The position numbers and the translations under genes were made by a program. The notes below the pieces were generated by a model, which saw nothing but the letters and a program-made list of their open reading frames with translations, did no database searches and had not been told where the DNA came from. A stretch of DNA of 64,000 nt from positions 4,350-68,349 of the forward strand of contig LCKO01000006.1 in assembly GCA_001001485.1 (NCBI GenBank), read 5' to 3'. Positions 8,289-17,992 of this stretch are shown here, piece after piece. Every line of letters begins with the position of its first letter. The stretch's first letter is position 1. Origin of the DNA: Candidatus Collierbacteria bacterium GW2011_GWB2_45_17 (GTDB taxonomy: Bacteria; Patescibacteriota; Microgenomatia; UBA1400; MFAQ01).

Positions 8289-9775
8289 TGGTTTAGCTTG
8301 AAAATATAACTTGTGAAGACGCCGGAAGAGACAGTGGCGATGGGAGTATTCATATCGGAGTAGGAAATGACTTCGGAGATGACCACGCGGTAGAGTAGCT
8401 TTTCACTGGTAAATTCATCCGGATAGATCCAGCCGAAATACTCATCGGCAGAACTACTACTTGGGTGATTGCCGTAGGTTTGGAAGAGATAGCGCCAGCC
8501 ACCATATGGGTGGTATGGCCGAGGATCTTTTCCTACGGTCTCCAAACTAAAGGGGCTATTCCCTATTAGAGGCATAATTTGATTGATTAAATTCCTGCGA
8601 GTAGTAAGACCATATTGGGACTGGGTGGTGGTGAAGATGGTGACAGAGTTTATGGCGATATAGATGGCAAAGAGTGGTGTAAGAAGTTTCCAGCTTACTT
8701 TCTCCAAGAAAAGTCCCAGGACTATCGTAGTCATAATAAAGAAGCCTAGCAGATAGTATTCACAGCCAATGGAGGGGTAGAGGAGATAGAAAAGAAGAAT
8801 GGAAACGATCATCCAAGCGAGAATTTGAAACTTTCTTTCTTTTATCGCCTTCCGGAAAAACCAAACAAAAATCAGGACAACGAAGAGACTGATAAGGAAA
8901 ACTGGTCGAGTCATATCGCCATGGGCTCCTAGACCGTGTTCTTCTTGAATATTGGTGTAGGGCTTGAGGTAAAGTGCTCGACTGATCGAGAACCAAACAT
9001 TGTTTAGGTGATAGATAAGCTGGTCGAGACCAAAGACCGAACCCGAGGTTTTGGGGCTCAGGACATACCGGATGGGACCCAGGAGATCGTCAAAGTTGTG
9101 ATTGATATCGAAGACGATGAGGGGTGAGACGACGGCGAGATAGGAAAAGATAGAGATCATCCAGATAGAAAGAGAAATTTTCTTAATATTTTTCAGAACA
9201 AGGAAAATAACGAGTGGCCAGTAGACCATGAGTGATAGATGAAGGTGGAGGCCGGAAGCCATGATAATAGTGGAGAGAATAAACCAGCGAGTGTCCTTCT
9301 CTGCCCGGTACAAAGAATAAAGAAGCCAAATGGTGACAAAGGCAATGGGAGTGGGATTCCAAAAACGATGATCAAAATAAATTAGTAGCGCCGAAAAGCC
9401 ATAAAGAATAGCGGAAATCAAACCAACTTTTTTGGAAAATATCCTGGAGGCTACGAAATAGAGACTTATGGTAGTGATAATGCCAAAGAAAGAGGAGAAG
9501 TAGGCTAGGACAGAGAGATCACCGTTGCCGATCCAAAATAAAAGTGCGTTGAGATAGGTAAAGGCCGGACCCAGGTAAAAGCCAAAGTTACTGGCGCTCA
9601 CGCCGATCCAGATGGGATGAAAATCTTTGACTTGAGACCAGGCTAAGAGGGCTTGATACTCCTCATCAAAGTTAAAAGAAAACCACTCGGCTGATTTCCA
9701 AAATCGGAGAACTATCAGAAAAATAAACAGAAGAATCGGAATTATTTTGGTCGGAGTAATCTTTAACTTGGCCAC
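8285..9775 (-). CDS. GT-C (PMT_2/ArnT-like) membrane glycosyltransferase
   Basis: LRF..FNFDEEYQ after TM1 and RFWNP. Multi-TM. Paralogue of 42578-44065. Confidence 0.75.
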   Translation of the reverse strand: MAKLKITPTKIIPILLFIFLIVLRFWKSAEWFSFNFDEEYQALLAWSQVKDFHPIWIGVSASNFGFYLGPAFTYLNALLFWIGNGDLSVLAYFSSFFGIITTISLYFVASRIFSKKVGLISAILYGFSALLIYFDHRFWNPTPIAFVTIWLLYSLYRAEKDTRWFILSTIIMASGLHLHLSLMVYWPLVIFLVLKNIKKISLSIWMISIFSYLAVVSPLIVFDINHNFDDLLGPIRYVLSPKTSGSVFGLDQLIYHLNNVWFSISRALYLKPYTNIQEEHGLGAHGDMTRPVFLISLFVVLIFVWFFRKAIKERKFQILAWMIVSILLFYLLYPSIGCEYYLLGFFIMTTIVLGLFLEKVSWKLLTPLFAIYIAINSVTIFTTTQSQYGLTTRRNLINQIMPLIGNSPFSLETVGKDPRPYHPYGGWRYLFQTYGNHPSSSSADEYFGWIYPDEFTSEKLLYRVVISEVISYSDMNTPIATVSSGVFTSYIFKLNQ

Positions 9776-9790
9776 AGAGATAGTTTAGCA

Positions 9791-10924
9791 TCAGCCGATA
9801 AAGTAGCCACGGGTGAAGAAGATAATTGAAAGTATAGAAAAAACTATAGTGGAAAAATAATAAACGTATTTAGTAAATGGGTGCTGGCGCTCTAACCAGT
9901 AGGCCAAATACATAAAGACTGGAAACATGACAAGTGTGTATCGCGGAACACTGGCAAAAGTGCCGGAGAAGCTGGGAAGGAGATAGGAAAGTAAGACAAA
10001 TAGCCAATAGGAAAAGCGTATTTTTTTGAAGGAAAAGATTAAGACACCCAAGACTAGTGTGGCAGAGAGAAGTTCCAATACGACTGTAAAAAATAAGGGG
10101 TCCCAGTGATCGGTAAAAATAAGCATTTTGGCGTAGCGAAAAAAGACCTGATGAAGCAGAATTAGCTTATTGACCGTCCGGCCGGTAAAGTTTGTTTGAA
10201 TTGTGGCGAAAAACAAGGCGTCTCCCGTCTTGAGAAATTGGAAACGCATAAATGACAGAAGCCCTAATGGTGGAAGGGTCAACCAGATGGCAGATGGATT
10301 TAAACATTTCTTGATATCTTTTCCGTAATAAACCCAGAATTCGTAGATAAGAGCCGGCCAGAGAAAAATGCCGGTGATTTTGGTGGCAGACGCGATAGCA
10401 GCCGCTATACAAGCCAAGAGGAATTGATTGCGGCGAGCAAAGTAAAAGCTGAGGACCGCCAGAAGTAGAAAAAGAGATTCTGTGTATACAGAACCAAAAA
10501 AGAAAGCTGTGGGAAAAAGCAAAAGGAGATAGATGGTTGATTTGGCAATTTTGGATTTGAAATCCAGAGCGACTAGTTTATAAAGGAAATAGAGAGCCAA
10601 AATAATACAGAGATGAGAAATAATTAGTCCGGAGGCGAGATAGTTATCGAAAAAATTGAAAGTGCGAATGGTCCAGGGGTAGATAGGGAAGAATGCATAG
10701 TCCATGTCTGTCTTGTGTTGGTAGCCGTAACCAAACTCGGCCAAGTCCAGATAATGAAGCCCGTCGAAGTTGGACCACATGGAAAAAAGATTACTCGCTG
10801 AAGGTATCTCGGTGAGATTGGTGAATCTGGTGCGTGGGGTCAGAAGAAACATGGCCGGAAGGGCGATGAGAATAATCAGCAGTCTCCAACCGAGGACGAG
10901 TTTAAGGATTTCTTTGATTGTCAT
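9791..10924 (-). CDS. PIG-V/GT76-like mannosyltransferase (GT-C)
   Basis: WSNFDGLHYLDLA, YAFFPIYP and YTESLFL motifs. Confidence 0.8.
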   Translation of the reverse strand: MTIKEILKLVLGWRLLIILIALPAMFLLTPRTRFTNLTEIPSASNLFSMWSNFDGLHYLDLAEFGYGYQHKTDMDYAFFPIYPWTIRTFNFFDNYLASGLIISHLCIILALYFLYKLVALDFKSKIAKSTIYLLLLFPTAFFFGSVYTESLFLLLAVLSFYFARRNQFLLACIAAAIASATKITGIFLWPALIYEFWVYYGKDIKKCLNPSAIWLTLPPLGLLSFMRFQFLKTGDALFFATIQTNFTGRTVNKLILLHQVFFRYAKMLIFTDHWDPLFFTVVLELLSATLVLGVLIFSFKKIRFSYWLFVLLSYLLPSFSGTFASVPRYTLVMFPVFMYLAYWLERQHPFTKYVYYFSTIVFSILSIIFFTRGYFIG

Positions 10925-10935
10925 TTAATTTATAT

Positions 10936-11015
10936 AGATTGCTTCGTCGTTTCACTCCTCGCAATGACGGGTGGAGTGAGATTGCCACGTCGCGATTACA
11001 CTCTTCGCAATGACG
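10936..11015. repeat. Tandem pair of REP-like palindromes; the second supplies the C-terminus and stop of the GT4 gene
   Basis: agattgcttcgtcgtttcactcctcgcaatgacg (10936-10969) and gagattgccacgtcgcgattacactcttcgcaatgacg (10978-11015). Confidence 0.85.
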
Positions 11016-12027
11016 TGGAAAGAATGTGTTGATAAACGGCGAGGGTGAGTTTGGCGGTTTTGGCCCAAGAAAAGTCATGGGAACGTTCTTTGGCAAGATT
11101 AATTTGTTTCAATTTGGCTTCGGGAGAAAGTTTTAAAGCTTTTTTGATAGCTTTTTCCATGGATTTTAATTTCCTCGGACTAAAGGTAATCGCCTCTTCA
11201 TGATATATTTCCGGAAGGCTAGATTTTTTGGAACTGGCTATCAAGCAACCGGCCGTCATGGCTTCCAGTAACGGCAAACCAAAACCCTCGTACAAGGACG
11301 GCTGAACATAAAGCGAGGCTAGGTGAAACATGGCGTTAAAATCTTCATCCGGGACGAAACCCGGGTAACTGATGTGGTTGTAGACTTGTAAACGAACCAA
11401 ATCGATTAATTCCGGGTGAACCGGTTTAATAATTTCTTGGAGCATACCCTTACCAACGATTACTAATGGTATTCCGAGTCGATCCGTAACTTCAGCTAGT
11501 GAGGGGAGATTTTTATTTGGATTTGGCCCAGCGGCAAGCGTGAGGATAAATTTATCGGGAAGATGATATTTTTCTTTGATTTCGGCAATCTTTGAAGAAG
11601 AGGGGGGCTTTTTGTAGATCTCTGCTACCGCCAATGGGGTAACAAAGATTTTTTCTGGGGAGATACGAAAATATTTTTCGATATCTTTTTTGGAGTTTTC
11701 GGAGTCGGTAATGATGGCTGAAACCGATCTCAGAGACCACCACTGACGTAATAGATTGAGAGTACCCTTGATACCCTTAGGATACCGGCTGGACATAACG
11801 AGGGGTGTCAGATCATGAATAGTGACGATGGTGGGTTTTTCCTTTTTTACCGGAAAGGTAGCGTAAAAAAGATCAAAGAAGGGGAAGTGAATAATATCCG
11901 GATTTTTATCCGTCAAATCTATATCAGGAAGTTTAGCTAATGCTCTGGATAGATTTTCGGAATAAACTCCAACTCCCCTACCAGCGGAATGATCGCCTCC
12001 ATTTAGAAATACTTTAATTTTTTCCAT
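10996..12027 (-). CDS. GT4 glycosyltransferase
   Basis: TIHDL and PSLYEGFGLPLLEAM motifs. Confidence 0.9.
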   Translation of the reverse strand: MEKIKVFLNGGDHSAGRGVGVYSENLSRALAKLPDIDLTDKNPDIIHFPFFDLFYATFPVKKEKPTIVTIHDLTPLVMSSRYPKGIKGTLNLLRQWWSLRSVSAIITDSENSKKDIEKYFRISPEKIFVTPLAVAEIYKKPPSSSKIAEIKEKYHLPDKFILTLAAGPNPNKNLPSLAEVTDRLGIPLVIVGKGMLQEIIKPVHPELIDLVRLQVYNHISYPGFVPDEDFNAMFHLASLYVQPSLYEGFGLPLLEAMTAGCLIASSKKSSLPEIYHEEAITFSPRKLKSMEKAIKKALKLSPEAKLKQINLAKERSHDFSWAKTAKLTLAVYQHILSTSLRRV

Positions 12028-12898
12028 AATCTTCGTCTTTGTAGAGTTCCCAGAGCTTCATATAGGAAAAGGCGTGATGAAAACCTGAGTAAAGAGAGAA
12101 TACAAACCCTGGAAAACCATCCATAAAACCACGATAGCGGATATACAGACTAAGGAAAGTACCTAAAGGTTTAAAGAATAAATAATTTAGGGTGTTGAAA
12201 AAATTGATTTTGACGCCATCTCTTTTATAGAAACCGGCTTGGAGACTGGAGTAACGATTCTCTCGGAGTAAGTAGCGAGAAAAATTGGGGGTGGCAAAGT
12301 GATCCAGGTCAGAACGTAACCAACCGACACTTCCTTTAACAATCATTTGCTCATGGACATCTTTGGCGGGAAGTTCGGCCTTACCACGTTGGAATAGTCT
12401 GATCACCGGATCCGGGTACTGTCCAGCGTTCTTTAAATATCGATTGAGAAAGAAATTTTTTCTGGGTAACCAGTAGGCGGCGGCCGGTTTGGTGAGACGA
12501 TACGGCTCAGGAAAAAAGGGGAGAAATTTGTTGATGGTTGATTTTAATGGTGAAAGCCAACTGTCGTAACCAAAGTAGTCGCCATCGAGAATACCGATAA
12601 TTTCCTTTTGCATTACCGGCGTTATTCGCTCGTCAGCATCTAGCTGAAGAATCCAGTCAGACTTGGCTTCGCGATTGGCAATGTCTTTTTGGATGTGGAA
12701 GACCGGATTGTTTTCTCTGAGTAGCACCTTGGCACCCAGCTTGCGGGCGATCTCAGCCGTCTTGTCCGTAGAATGGCCATCCACCACGATGATTTCATCT
12801 ACCCAGCCCTTGACCGAGTTTAAGCAGTCGGCGATACAGTCCTCGTTGTTATACGAGGCTAAAGTGACCGAGATAGTTTGACGTTTAGATTTTTTCAT
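12014..12898 (-). CDS. GT2 glycosyltransferase
   Basis: VVDGHSTD, LDADER and YPD..IRLF..VHE motifs. Confidence 0.88.
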   Translation of the reverse strand: MKKSKRQTISVTLASYNNEDCIADCLNSVKGWVDEIIVVDGHSTDKTAEIARKLGAKVLLRENNPVFHIQKDIANREAKSDWILQLDADERITPVMQKEIIGILDGDYFGYDSWLSPLKSTINKFLPFFPEPYRLTKPAAAYWLPRKNFFLNRYLKNAGQYPDPVIRLFQRGKAELPAKDVHEQMIVKGSVGWLRSDLDHFATPNFSRYLLRENRYSSLQAGFYKRDGVKINFFNTLNYLFFKPLGTFLSLYIRYRGFMDGFPGFVFSLYSGFHHAFSYMKLWELYKDEDYGKN

Positions 12899-14580
12899 TT
12901 GGTGGAGAGGAATTTGAACATTATAGCCCCTGCCGGAGAAAGAACCGTGCCAATTACTTTGGTGTCATCTACTTTTTCCTCGGCGGTAATGAGAAGAGTG
13001 TTGGGTAACAGCTTGTCTTGTTCGTAATTGATAGTGCGGAATTCGTATTTACCCAGCTTGCGGCCGGTAGCAAAGCCGTAGTGATCCGGTTCAGACATGA
13101 CGATATCTCTCTGAAGATCTGCCGGAGGATATTTGGTGAAGAAGGCGATCAAGATATATGGCTGGTCGTAACGATCGGTGATAATAATATGATCATATTT
13201 GTTGTAGTTTTCTTTAGTGAAGGCAGCAACTTGATCAAAACCGTATTGCCAGGCGTAGGGTAGTTCCTTCGGGTAGTGGACATAGTACATATGAAGATAA
13301 CGGGCAAATGAATAAAAACTCAAAAAACCAAAAATACAAAAAATCAAAATTTTGTAGACGAATTTATATTTTTTAATTAATTCAAAAAACTCATAAGTCC
13401 CCAGGGCGGCGATGATCATGAGTGGGACAGACATGTTCTCGGCTCGGAGGGCATGGGGTGACTGGTAGGTAATAGAGGCGGCTAGGGGGGCAATCAGGAA
13501 CCAAGCCAGAACGACTTTCTTACCGTTGGAGTCGAGCATTATTAGAGAAAGTAGTCCTAGGGCGAAGAATGGGAGAAGGAAGAGAAGACTTTGCCCCGTT
13601 TCCGGAACTTTGCTTCTGGCTATAGCATCCCCATTGAGGAATAGAAAATCAGGAGAGTAATGAGAAAGATAGTTTTGGACGAATCTCATGGAGTAAGAGA
13701 GATAACGATTGTGAATTAATCTGACTTGTAAACTGCTTTTATCCTCATGCTCAAGACGGTAGTTAGTGGCTTGCCAGTCCGGACCGGAGTCGGCAAAGAT
13801 CGAGACGCCGGAAAAACGAGACTGACCCTCTTTGGAGAGAAGTTGGCTGGCGATGGGGAGGGAAAGAAGAAGGCCGAGGAGGGTGGCAATGATAATAGTT
13901 TTCAGTTTTGAGTTCTCAGATTTCAGGTTTCTGATGCCGGAGAATAATTCTTGACGGTAGATGAAGACGAGAGAGAGGGCAAGAAGAGGAGAAATTATTC
14001 TGGCCGAATGATAAGTGTAAAAGCTTAAGGCAAAAGAGGTAACGAATAGGTAAAAATATTTTTGATTTTCCAAACCTTTTAAGAAACCCCAGACACCAAG
14101 AAGGATGAGGAAAGTAGCGGCGTTGACTTCCCAGCCACCCCTGGAAAACTGGAGATGCCAGGGAGATAGGGCGAGAAAAAGAGCAGAGAGTAAGGGTAGG
14201 TGGCGTGAGATTGCCACGTCGCGTTCGCTCCTCGCAATGACGGGAGGGAAGAGAAGTTTGATAATCAGGTAGACGAGAAGGACGCTGGCGATACCAAGGA
14301 GGGCCGATGGCAAACGAACCGCCGTGACAGTCAAACCCAAGAATTTGACAAAGGGTAAAACCAAATAAAAATAAACCGGAAGTTTGTAATCGTCGAAGGA
14401 CCGGAAGACCAAGGGCCAGGCTATGGAGTGCTCGTCTTTACCCGTTTGGATCAATGACCAGGCGTTATAGCCGATGGCGGCTTCATCGGCATTCAAACCG
14501 GCAGGGAACTGATCGAGAGAGTACAGTCTGAGAACAGCGGCGAAAATGAGGATAGCGATAATTAAAAAATGTTTTTTCAC
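12895..14580 (-). CDS. GT-C (PMT_2/ArnT-like) glycosyltransferase, tandem paralogue 1
   Basis: LNADEAAIGYNAWS..G.DE..SFDDYK, RLPSA and SPWH.QFSR motifs. Contains in-frame repeat-derived segments. Confidence 0.85.
   Translation of the reverse strand: MKKHFLIIAILIFAAVLRLYSLDQFPAGLNADEAAIGYNAWSLIQTGKDEHSIAWPLVFRSFDDYKLPVYFYLVLPFVKFLGLTVTAVRLPSALLGIASVLLVYLIIKLLFPPVIARSERDVAISRHLPLLSALFLALSPWHLQFSRGGWEVNAATFLILLGVWGFLKGLENQKYFYLFVTSFALSFYTYHSARIISPLLALSLVFIYRQELFSGIRNLKSENSKLKTIIIATLLGLLLSLPIASQLLSKEGQSRFSGVSIFADSGPDWQATNYRLEHEDKSSLQVRLIHNRYLSYSMRFVQNYLSHYSPDFLFLNGDAIARSKVPETGQSLLFLLPFFALGLLSLIMLDSNGKKVVLAWFLIAPLAASITYQSPHALRAENMSVPLMIIAALGTYEFFELIKKYKFVYKILIFCIFGFLSFYSFARYLHMYYVHYPKELPYAWQYGFDQVAAFTKENYNKYDHIIITDRYDQPYILIAFFTKYPPADLQRDIVMSEPDHYGFATGRKLGKYEFRTINYEQDKLLPNTLLITAEEKVDDTKVIGTVLSPAGAIMFKFLSTK
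13897..13938. repeat. In-frame heptamer array (AGTTyTC-like)
   Basis: agttttc agttttg agttctc agatttc aggtttc tgatgcc. Encodes GIRNLKSENSKLKT. Confidence 0.7.
14207..14242. repeat. In-frame REP-like palindrome
   Basis: gagattgccacgtcgcgttcgctcctcgcaatgacg. Encodes VIARSERDVAIS. Confidence 0.9.
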
Positions 14581-16247
14581 TTGTCTTTGGTCTTTATTAT
14601 TCTTAAAGAAATGTCTCCATTGGGGAAAAGCACATCAACGTGTTTTTCTATCGTGGGTAGAGAGAAATCAAAGTTTTCCGGAAAGTTGCCTATGGTTCCC
14701 ACAAAGATAGTGCCAAACTGATTACTAACTTCACTCAGACCGGACTGGTGGAACTCGGCCAGACCAACTTTGGCAACATTGCCAACGTCGTAACCGCCAG
14801 ACTGAAATTCATTGATCTTTTGATAAGTAGCCGGATCAAAACGGGAGTAAAAAAGATAGAAGATATATGGTTGACCCAAAACGTCGGTCATGACAACTTT
14901 GTCCTGCGGATACTGATTGATAAACTGCATGGCTTCTTTGTAGCCATATTGAAATTCTTTGGCATAAATGAAGTTTGAGTGAACAAAGAGAAGATCAAGA
15001 AAATAGACAAAGAAAACTATCGAGAGAAGGGCGACGAAAAAGAAAAGTGGCTTTATTTTCGTCAGCGCATAATAGGCTCCCAGTCCGCAAATAACTGCGA
15101 GGGGAATGGTGAGGAAAAGAGCTCTAACCGTCGAGTACTCGGAAAGGGTGAGAGATCCCGGAAGTGGGGCGAGCAGTAGTAAGCCGGCAATCAGGAGAGA
15201 GTTTTTTAGATTTGGGGATCTAACTAGAAAGATAACTCCTAAAACAAACCAAATAAAATCGAAGGGTAGAAGCATCCCCATACCGGGAACGTGTCCCCTT
15301 TCAACTATTCCTGTGCCTTCGTAAAATAGAACCCCCGGACTAAGGTGCTTCAGATACCGACTGGCAATCAGCCTAGTTGTCAGTTGTGGTTGGTTGTGAA
15401 AAAGACTGAGACTTAAGGAGTTGTTACTATCCGTGGCTCGGAGCTGTTCGCTGATGCCGGGATGATAGCCAAAGATGCTGAGTCGCTTCAGGCGATTGGC
15501 ACTTTCGCCGGACATGGTAGACAGTGTAAGCGAAAGGAAGAAGGCCAAGACAAAGGCGACAACGGCTTTATTTTTTTTGACGGAAAAATAGAGTTTAAAT
15601 TGATCTCTAAACTCTGACCAATAAAGTAGGACAGGAAGAACCAAAACCAGAGGAGTAAAAAGTTTGGCTGCTTGGTAGGTAAGGAAAGTCAGAAGAGCCA
15701 AGATGAGGGAGAAAGTCAGGAATTTGCCGGAACGAATAAAGACGAGAAGAAAATAAAGAGCGAAGAGAAGTAAGGTGACGAAGACATTGGTTTCCCAAGC
15801 CCCACGACTGAAGTGAATGTGCCAGGGCATGATGGCTAGAGAGAGGGCGGCGTAAGATCCCAGTTCACAGTTCTCGGTTGTCAGTTCTTGGTTTTTTGGT
15901 TTTGATTTTTTGGAAAATAGTTCATTGGTCAAAAGAAAGATGCCGTAAATGGCGAGGATGCCGGCGAGAGCGCTGGGGAGTCGGACGGCAAATTCGGTGA
16001 GTCCCAGAACAGCGATGGGTGGAATGGCCAGATAGACGTAAAGTCCCGGTTTAAAATCTCCGAAGCTTTTGAAAATGATCGGAAGAAACTTTCCGAATTC
16101 ATCTCGACCGGTTTTGATGATTGAATAGGCGTTGTAACCCAGAGCCGCCTCATCCCAAGTTAAGGCATTGGGTAATGATCCGAGCTGATAAAGTCTGAGG
16201 ACAGTTCCCAAAATAAGAGCGAGTATCAATAGCCAGTACTTCTTCAT
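14577..16247 (-). CDS. GT-C glycosyltransferase, tandem paralogue 2
   Basis: TWDEAALGYNAYS..GRDE..SFGDFKP and PWHIHFSR motifs. Confidence 0.85.
   Translation of the reverse strand: MKKYWLLILALILGTVLRLYQLGSLPNALTWDEAALGYNAYSIIKTGRDEFGKFLPIIFKSFGDFKPGLYVYLAIPPIAVLGLTEFAVRLPSALAGILAIYGIFLLTNELFSKKSKPKNQELTTENCELGSYAALSLAIMPWHIHFSRGAWETNVFVTLLLFALYFLLVFIRSGKFLTFSLILALLTFLTYQAAKLFTPLVLVLPVLLYWSEFRDQFKLYFSVKKNKAVVAFVLAFFLSLTLSTMSGESANRLKRLSIFGYHPGISEQLRATDSNNSLSLSLFHNQPQLTTRLIASRYLKHLSPGVLFYEGTGIVERGHVPGMGMLLPFDFIWFVLGVIFLVRSPNLKNSLLIAGLLLLAPLPGSLTLSEYSTVRALFLTIPLAVICGLGAYYALTKIKPLFFFVALLSIVFFVYFLDLLFVHSNFIYAKEFQYGYKEAMQFINQYPQDKVVMTDVLGQPYIFYLFYSRFDPATYQKINEFQSGGYDVGNVAKVGLAEFHQSGLSEVSNQFGTIFVGTIGNFPENFDFSLPTIEKHVDVLFPNGDISLRIIKTKDK
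15855..15896. repeat. In-frame heptamer array
   Basis: agatccc agttcac agttctc ggttgtc agttctt ggttttt. Encodes KNQELTTENCELGS. Confidence 0.7.
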
Positions 16248-17992
16248 GGAAGTTCGATTATTTTAAAAGCGGTTGACCCATCCAGAAAATTGATGGTTTT
16301 TAAAACGTTGGCTCCTGTCGGAAGATGATCCGGCGAAGCAACCATCAAACTGTTGGATGTCGGAATCTCTCCGCCACTTTCCAGAGGTAACGAGGTGATC
16401 TTGCCGACCGGAATTTGCCAGTCGTTAACGAAGTAGACGTTATCGATTTTGTCCGTCCAAAACCAGTCCGATTTTTCAAACCGAATATTGTCCCCGCCCG
16501 GTTGTAATTTTTCAGGGGCAAGTTGGTTATAAAAAGCATAGAAAATATGGGCTTCACCATAGCGTTTGGAGATAAAGACTTTGGAAAAGTTTTTCTGAGT
16601 ATTAATAAAATCGAAGACTTGCCGGTAACCATATTGCCAAGACTCCGAGTAGGTCTTGGAGTAGTTAGTGAAGTAGTCGTCTGAATAAATGACGAAAACG
16701 ATAATAGCCACTGTCATCACTAAAGCAATTAAAAATGTTTTGGCAAAAGCCGAGAGACGATCCGCAAGAAAAAATAAACCTAAAGCGGCAATAATTACGG
16801 TAGCAGGAATCATGGGGTTTGGACGTAGAGCTTGTGGGGGATCGACTGTTAGGGCAGAAGCAACAGGAGAGAGCAAGAGCCAAGAAAGAATGAATTGATT
16901 CGATTTTTCACTTGGATTTTTAATTAAGTAAAATATCCCAATTAAAAATAAAACCATAATGGGAAAGCCAAGAAGGTTTCTGCCGGGGATAGCGAACTGG
17001 AACTGGGCTCCCCTGCTCTGATTGAAGAAATCCGGAGCGAAGTAACCAAAATAATTATTGATGAAAGTCTGGGCAAAATACAAAGGTCGGTTATAGACAA
17101 ATTTGGCGATGATGGGAGGTAAGCCACTCTCCAGTCTTTTCTGTCCTAGGGTGTAGGCAGTTGATTCGGTGATGATATTTAATTTGCCATAACGGGCAGT
17201 GCCGGTACCAGTAAAGATCTGATAAGCCACAATGGTGGCGAAAAAGGCAAGAATTAATATTGCGATCACCATCTTGATCCTGGATTGCCACGTCGCAAAC
17301 GCTCCTCGCAATGACCGCCAGTAAATAATGATAAAGGCCAAAATAATTGTGGGGACAAAAATTCTAGAAGTATTGTAGGTATGAAGAGATAAGCCAAAAA
17401 GGAAAGCAGAAGCTATTAGTGCGAAGTTGTTGGTTCGAGGTTCGTTGATAGAGCGTATTAGAAAGTAGGCTGCGAAAATTATTAGAGTTAGTGAAAGATT
17501 GGCCTCCAATGCCGGGCGGGAAATAAAGAAGTGCCAGGGCATAAAGGCAAGGAAGAAAGCGGAGATAGTTGGCAGATTACAGATGTCAGATGACAGTTTA
17601 GGTAATTTGTTTATGGACTTGTTGTTATTTCTGAGAACTGAGAACTTAGAACTGAGAACTAATTGATTTGCGAGAAGGTAGATACCTGGAATGGCGAGGG
17701 TGCCGGCAAGGGCGGAGATAAAGCGGATTGAAAAAACCGAAAGACCAAAAGCCCAAACAGGGAAGACCGTCAGATATATATAGAGGGGCAGTTTGTAATC
17801 GCCAAAAGCTCTGAAAATTAGGGGTAGTCTAGTTCCCCATTCGTCTTTTCCGGTAAGAAGAATTGAGTAGGCGTTATAACCATGACTGATTTCATCCCAG
17901 TTAGGGGCGACCGGAAAACGATCTAACCAGAAGAATCTGACTAAACCACCCAACAAAGTTAAAATTAAAAGAATCAGAAGTTGTTTTTTCAT
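16244..17992 (-). CDS. GT-C glycosyltransferase, tandem paralogue 3
   Basis: NWDEISHGYNAYS..GKDEWG..FGDYKLP and PWHFFISR motifs. Confidence 0.85.
   Translation of the reverse strand: MKKQLLILLILTLLGGLVRFFWLDRFPVAPNWDEISHGYNAYSILLTGKDEWGTRLPLIFRAFGDYKLPLYIYLTVFPVWAFGLSVFSIRFISALAGTLAIPGIYLLANQLVLSSKFSVLRNNNKSINKLPKLSSDICNLPTISAFFLAFMPWHFFISRPALEANLSLTLIIFAAYFLIRSINEPRTNNFALIASAFLFGLSLHTYNTSRIFVPTIILAFIIIYWRSLRGAFATWQSRIKMVIAILILAFFATIVAYQIFTGTGTARYGKLNIITESTAYTLGQKRLESGLPPIIAKFVYNRPLYFAQTFINNYFGYFAPDFFNQSRGAQFQFAIPGRNLLGFPIMVLFLIGIFYLIKNPSEKSNQFILSWLLLSPVASALTVDPPQALRPNPMIPATVIIAALGLFFLADRLSAFAKTFLIALVMTVAIIVFVIYSDDYFTNYSKTYSESWQYGYRQVFDFINTQKNFSKVFISKRYGEAHIFYAFYNQLAPEKLQPGGDNIRFEKSDWFWTDKIDNVYFVNDWQIPVGKITSLPLESGGEIPTSNSLMVASPDHLPTGANVLKTINFLDGSTAFKIIELP
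17282..17315. repeat. In-frame REP-like palindrome
   Basis: ggattgccacgtcgcaaacgctcctcgcaatgac. Encodes SLRGAFATWQS. Confidence 0.9.
17567..17660. repeat. In-frame pair of oppositely oriented heptamer arrays
   Basis: agttggc agattac agatgtc agatgac agtttag (17567-17601), 31-nt spacer, gagaact gagaact tagaact gagaact (17633-17660). Confidence 0.8.

Noticed and set aside
10902-11096. 64-aa ORF containing RHCEECNRDVAIS
   Set aside because: It is the translation of the tandem REP pair and overlaps real genes.
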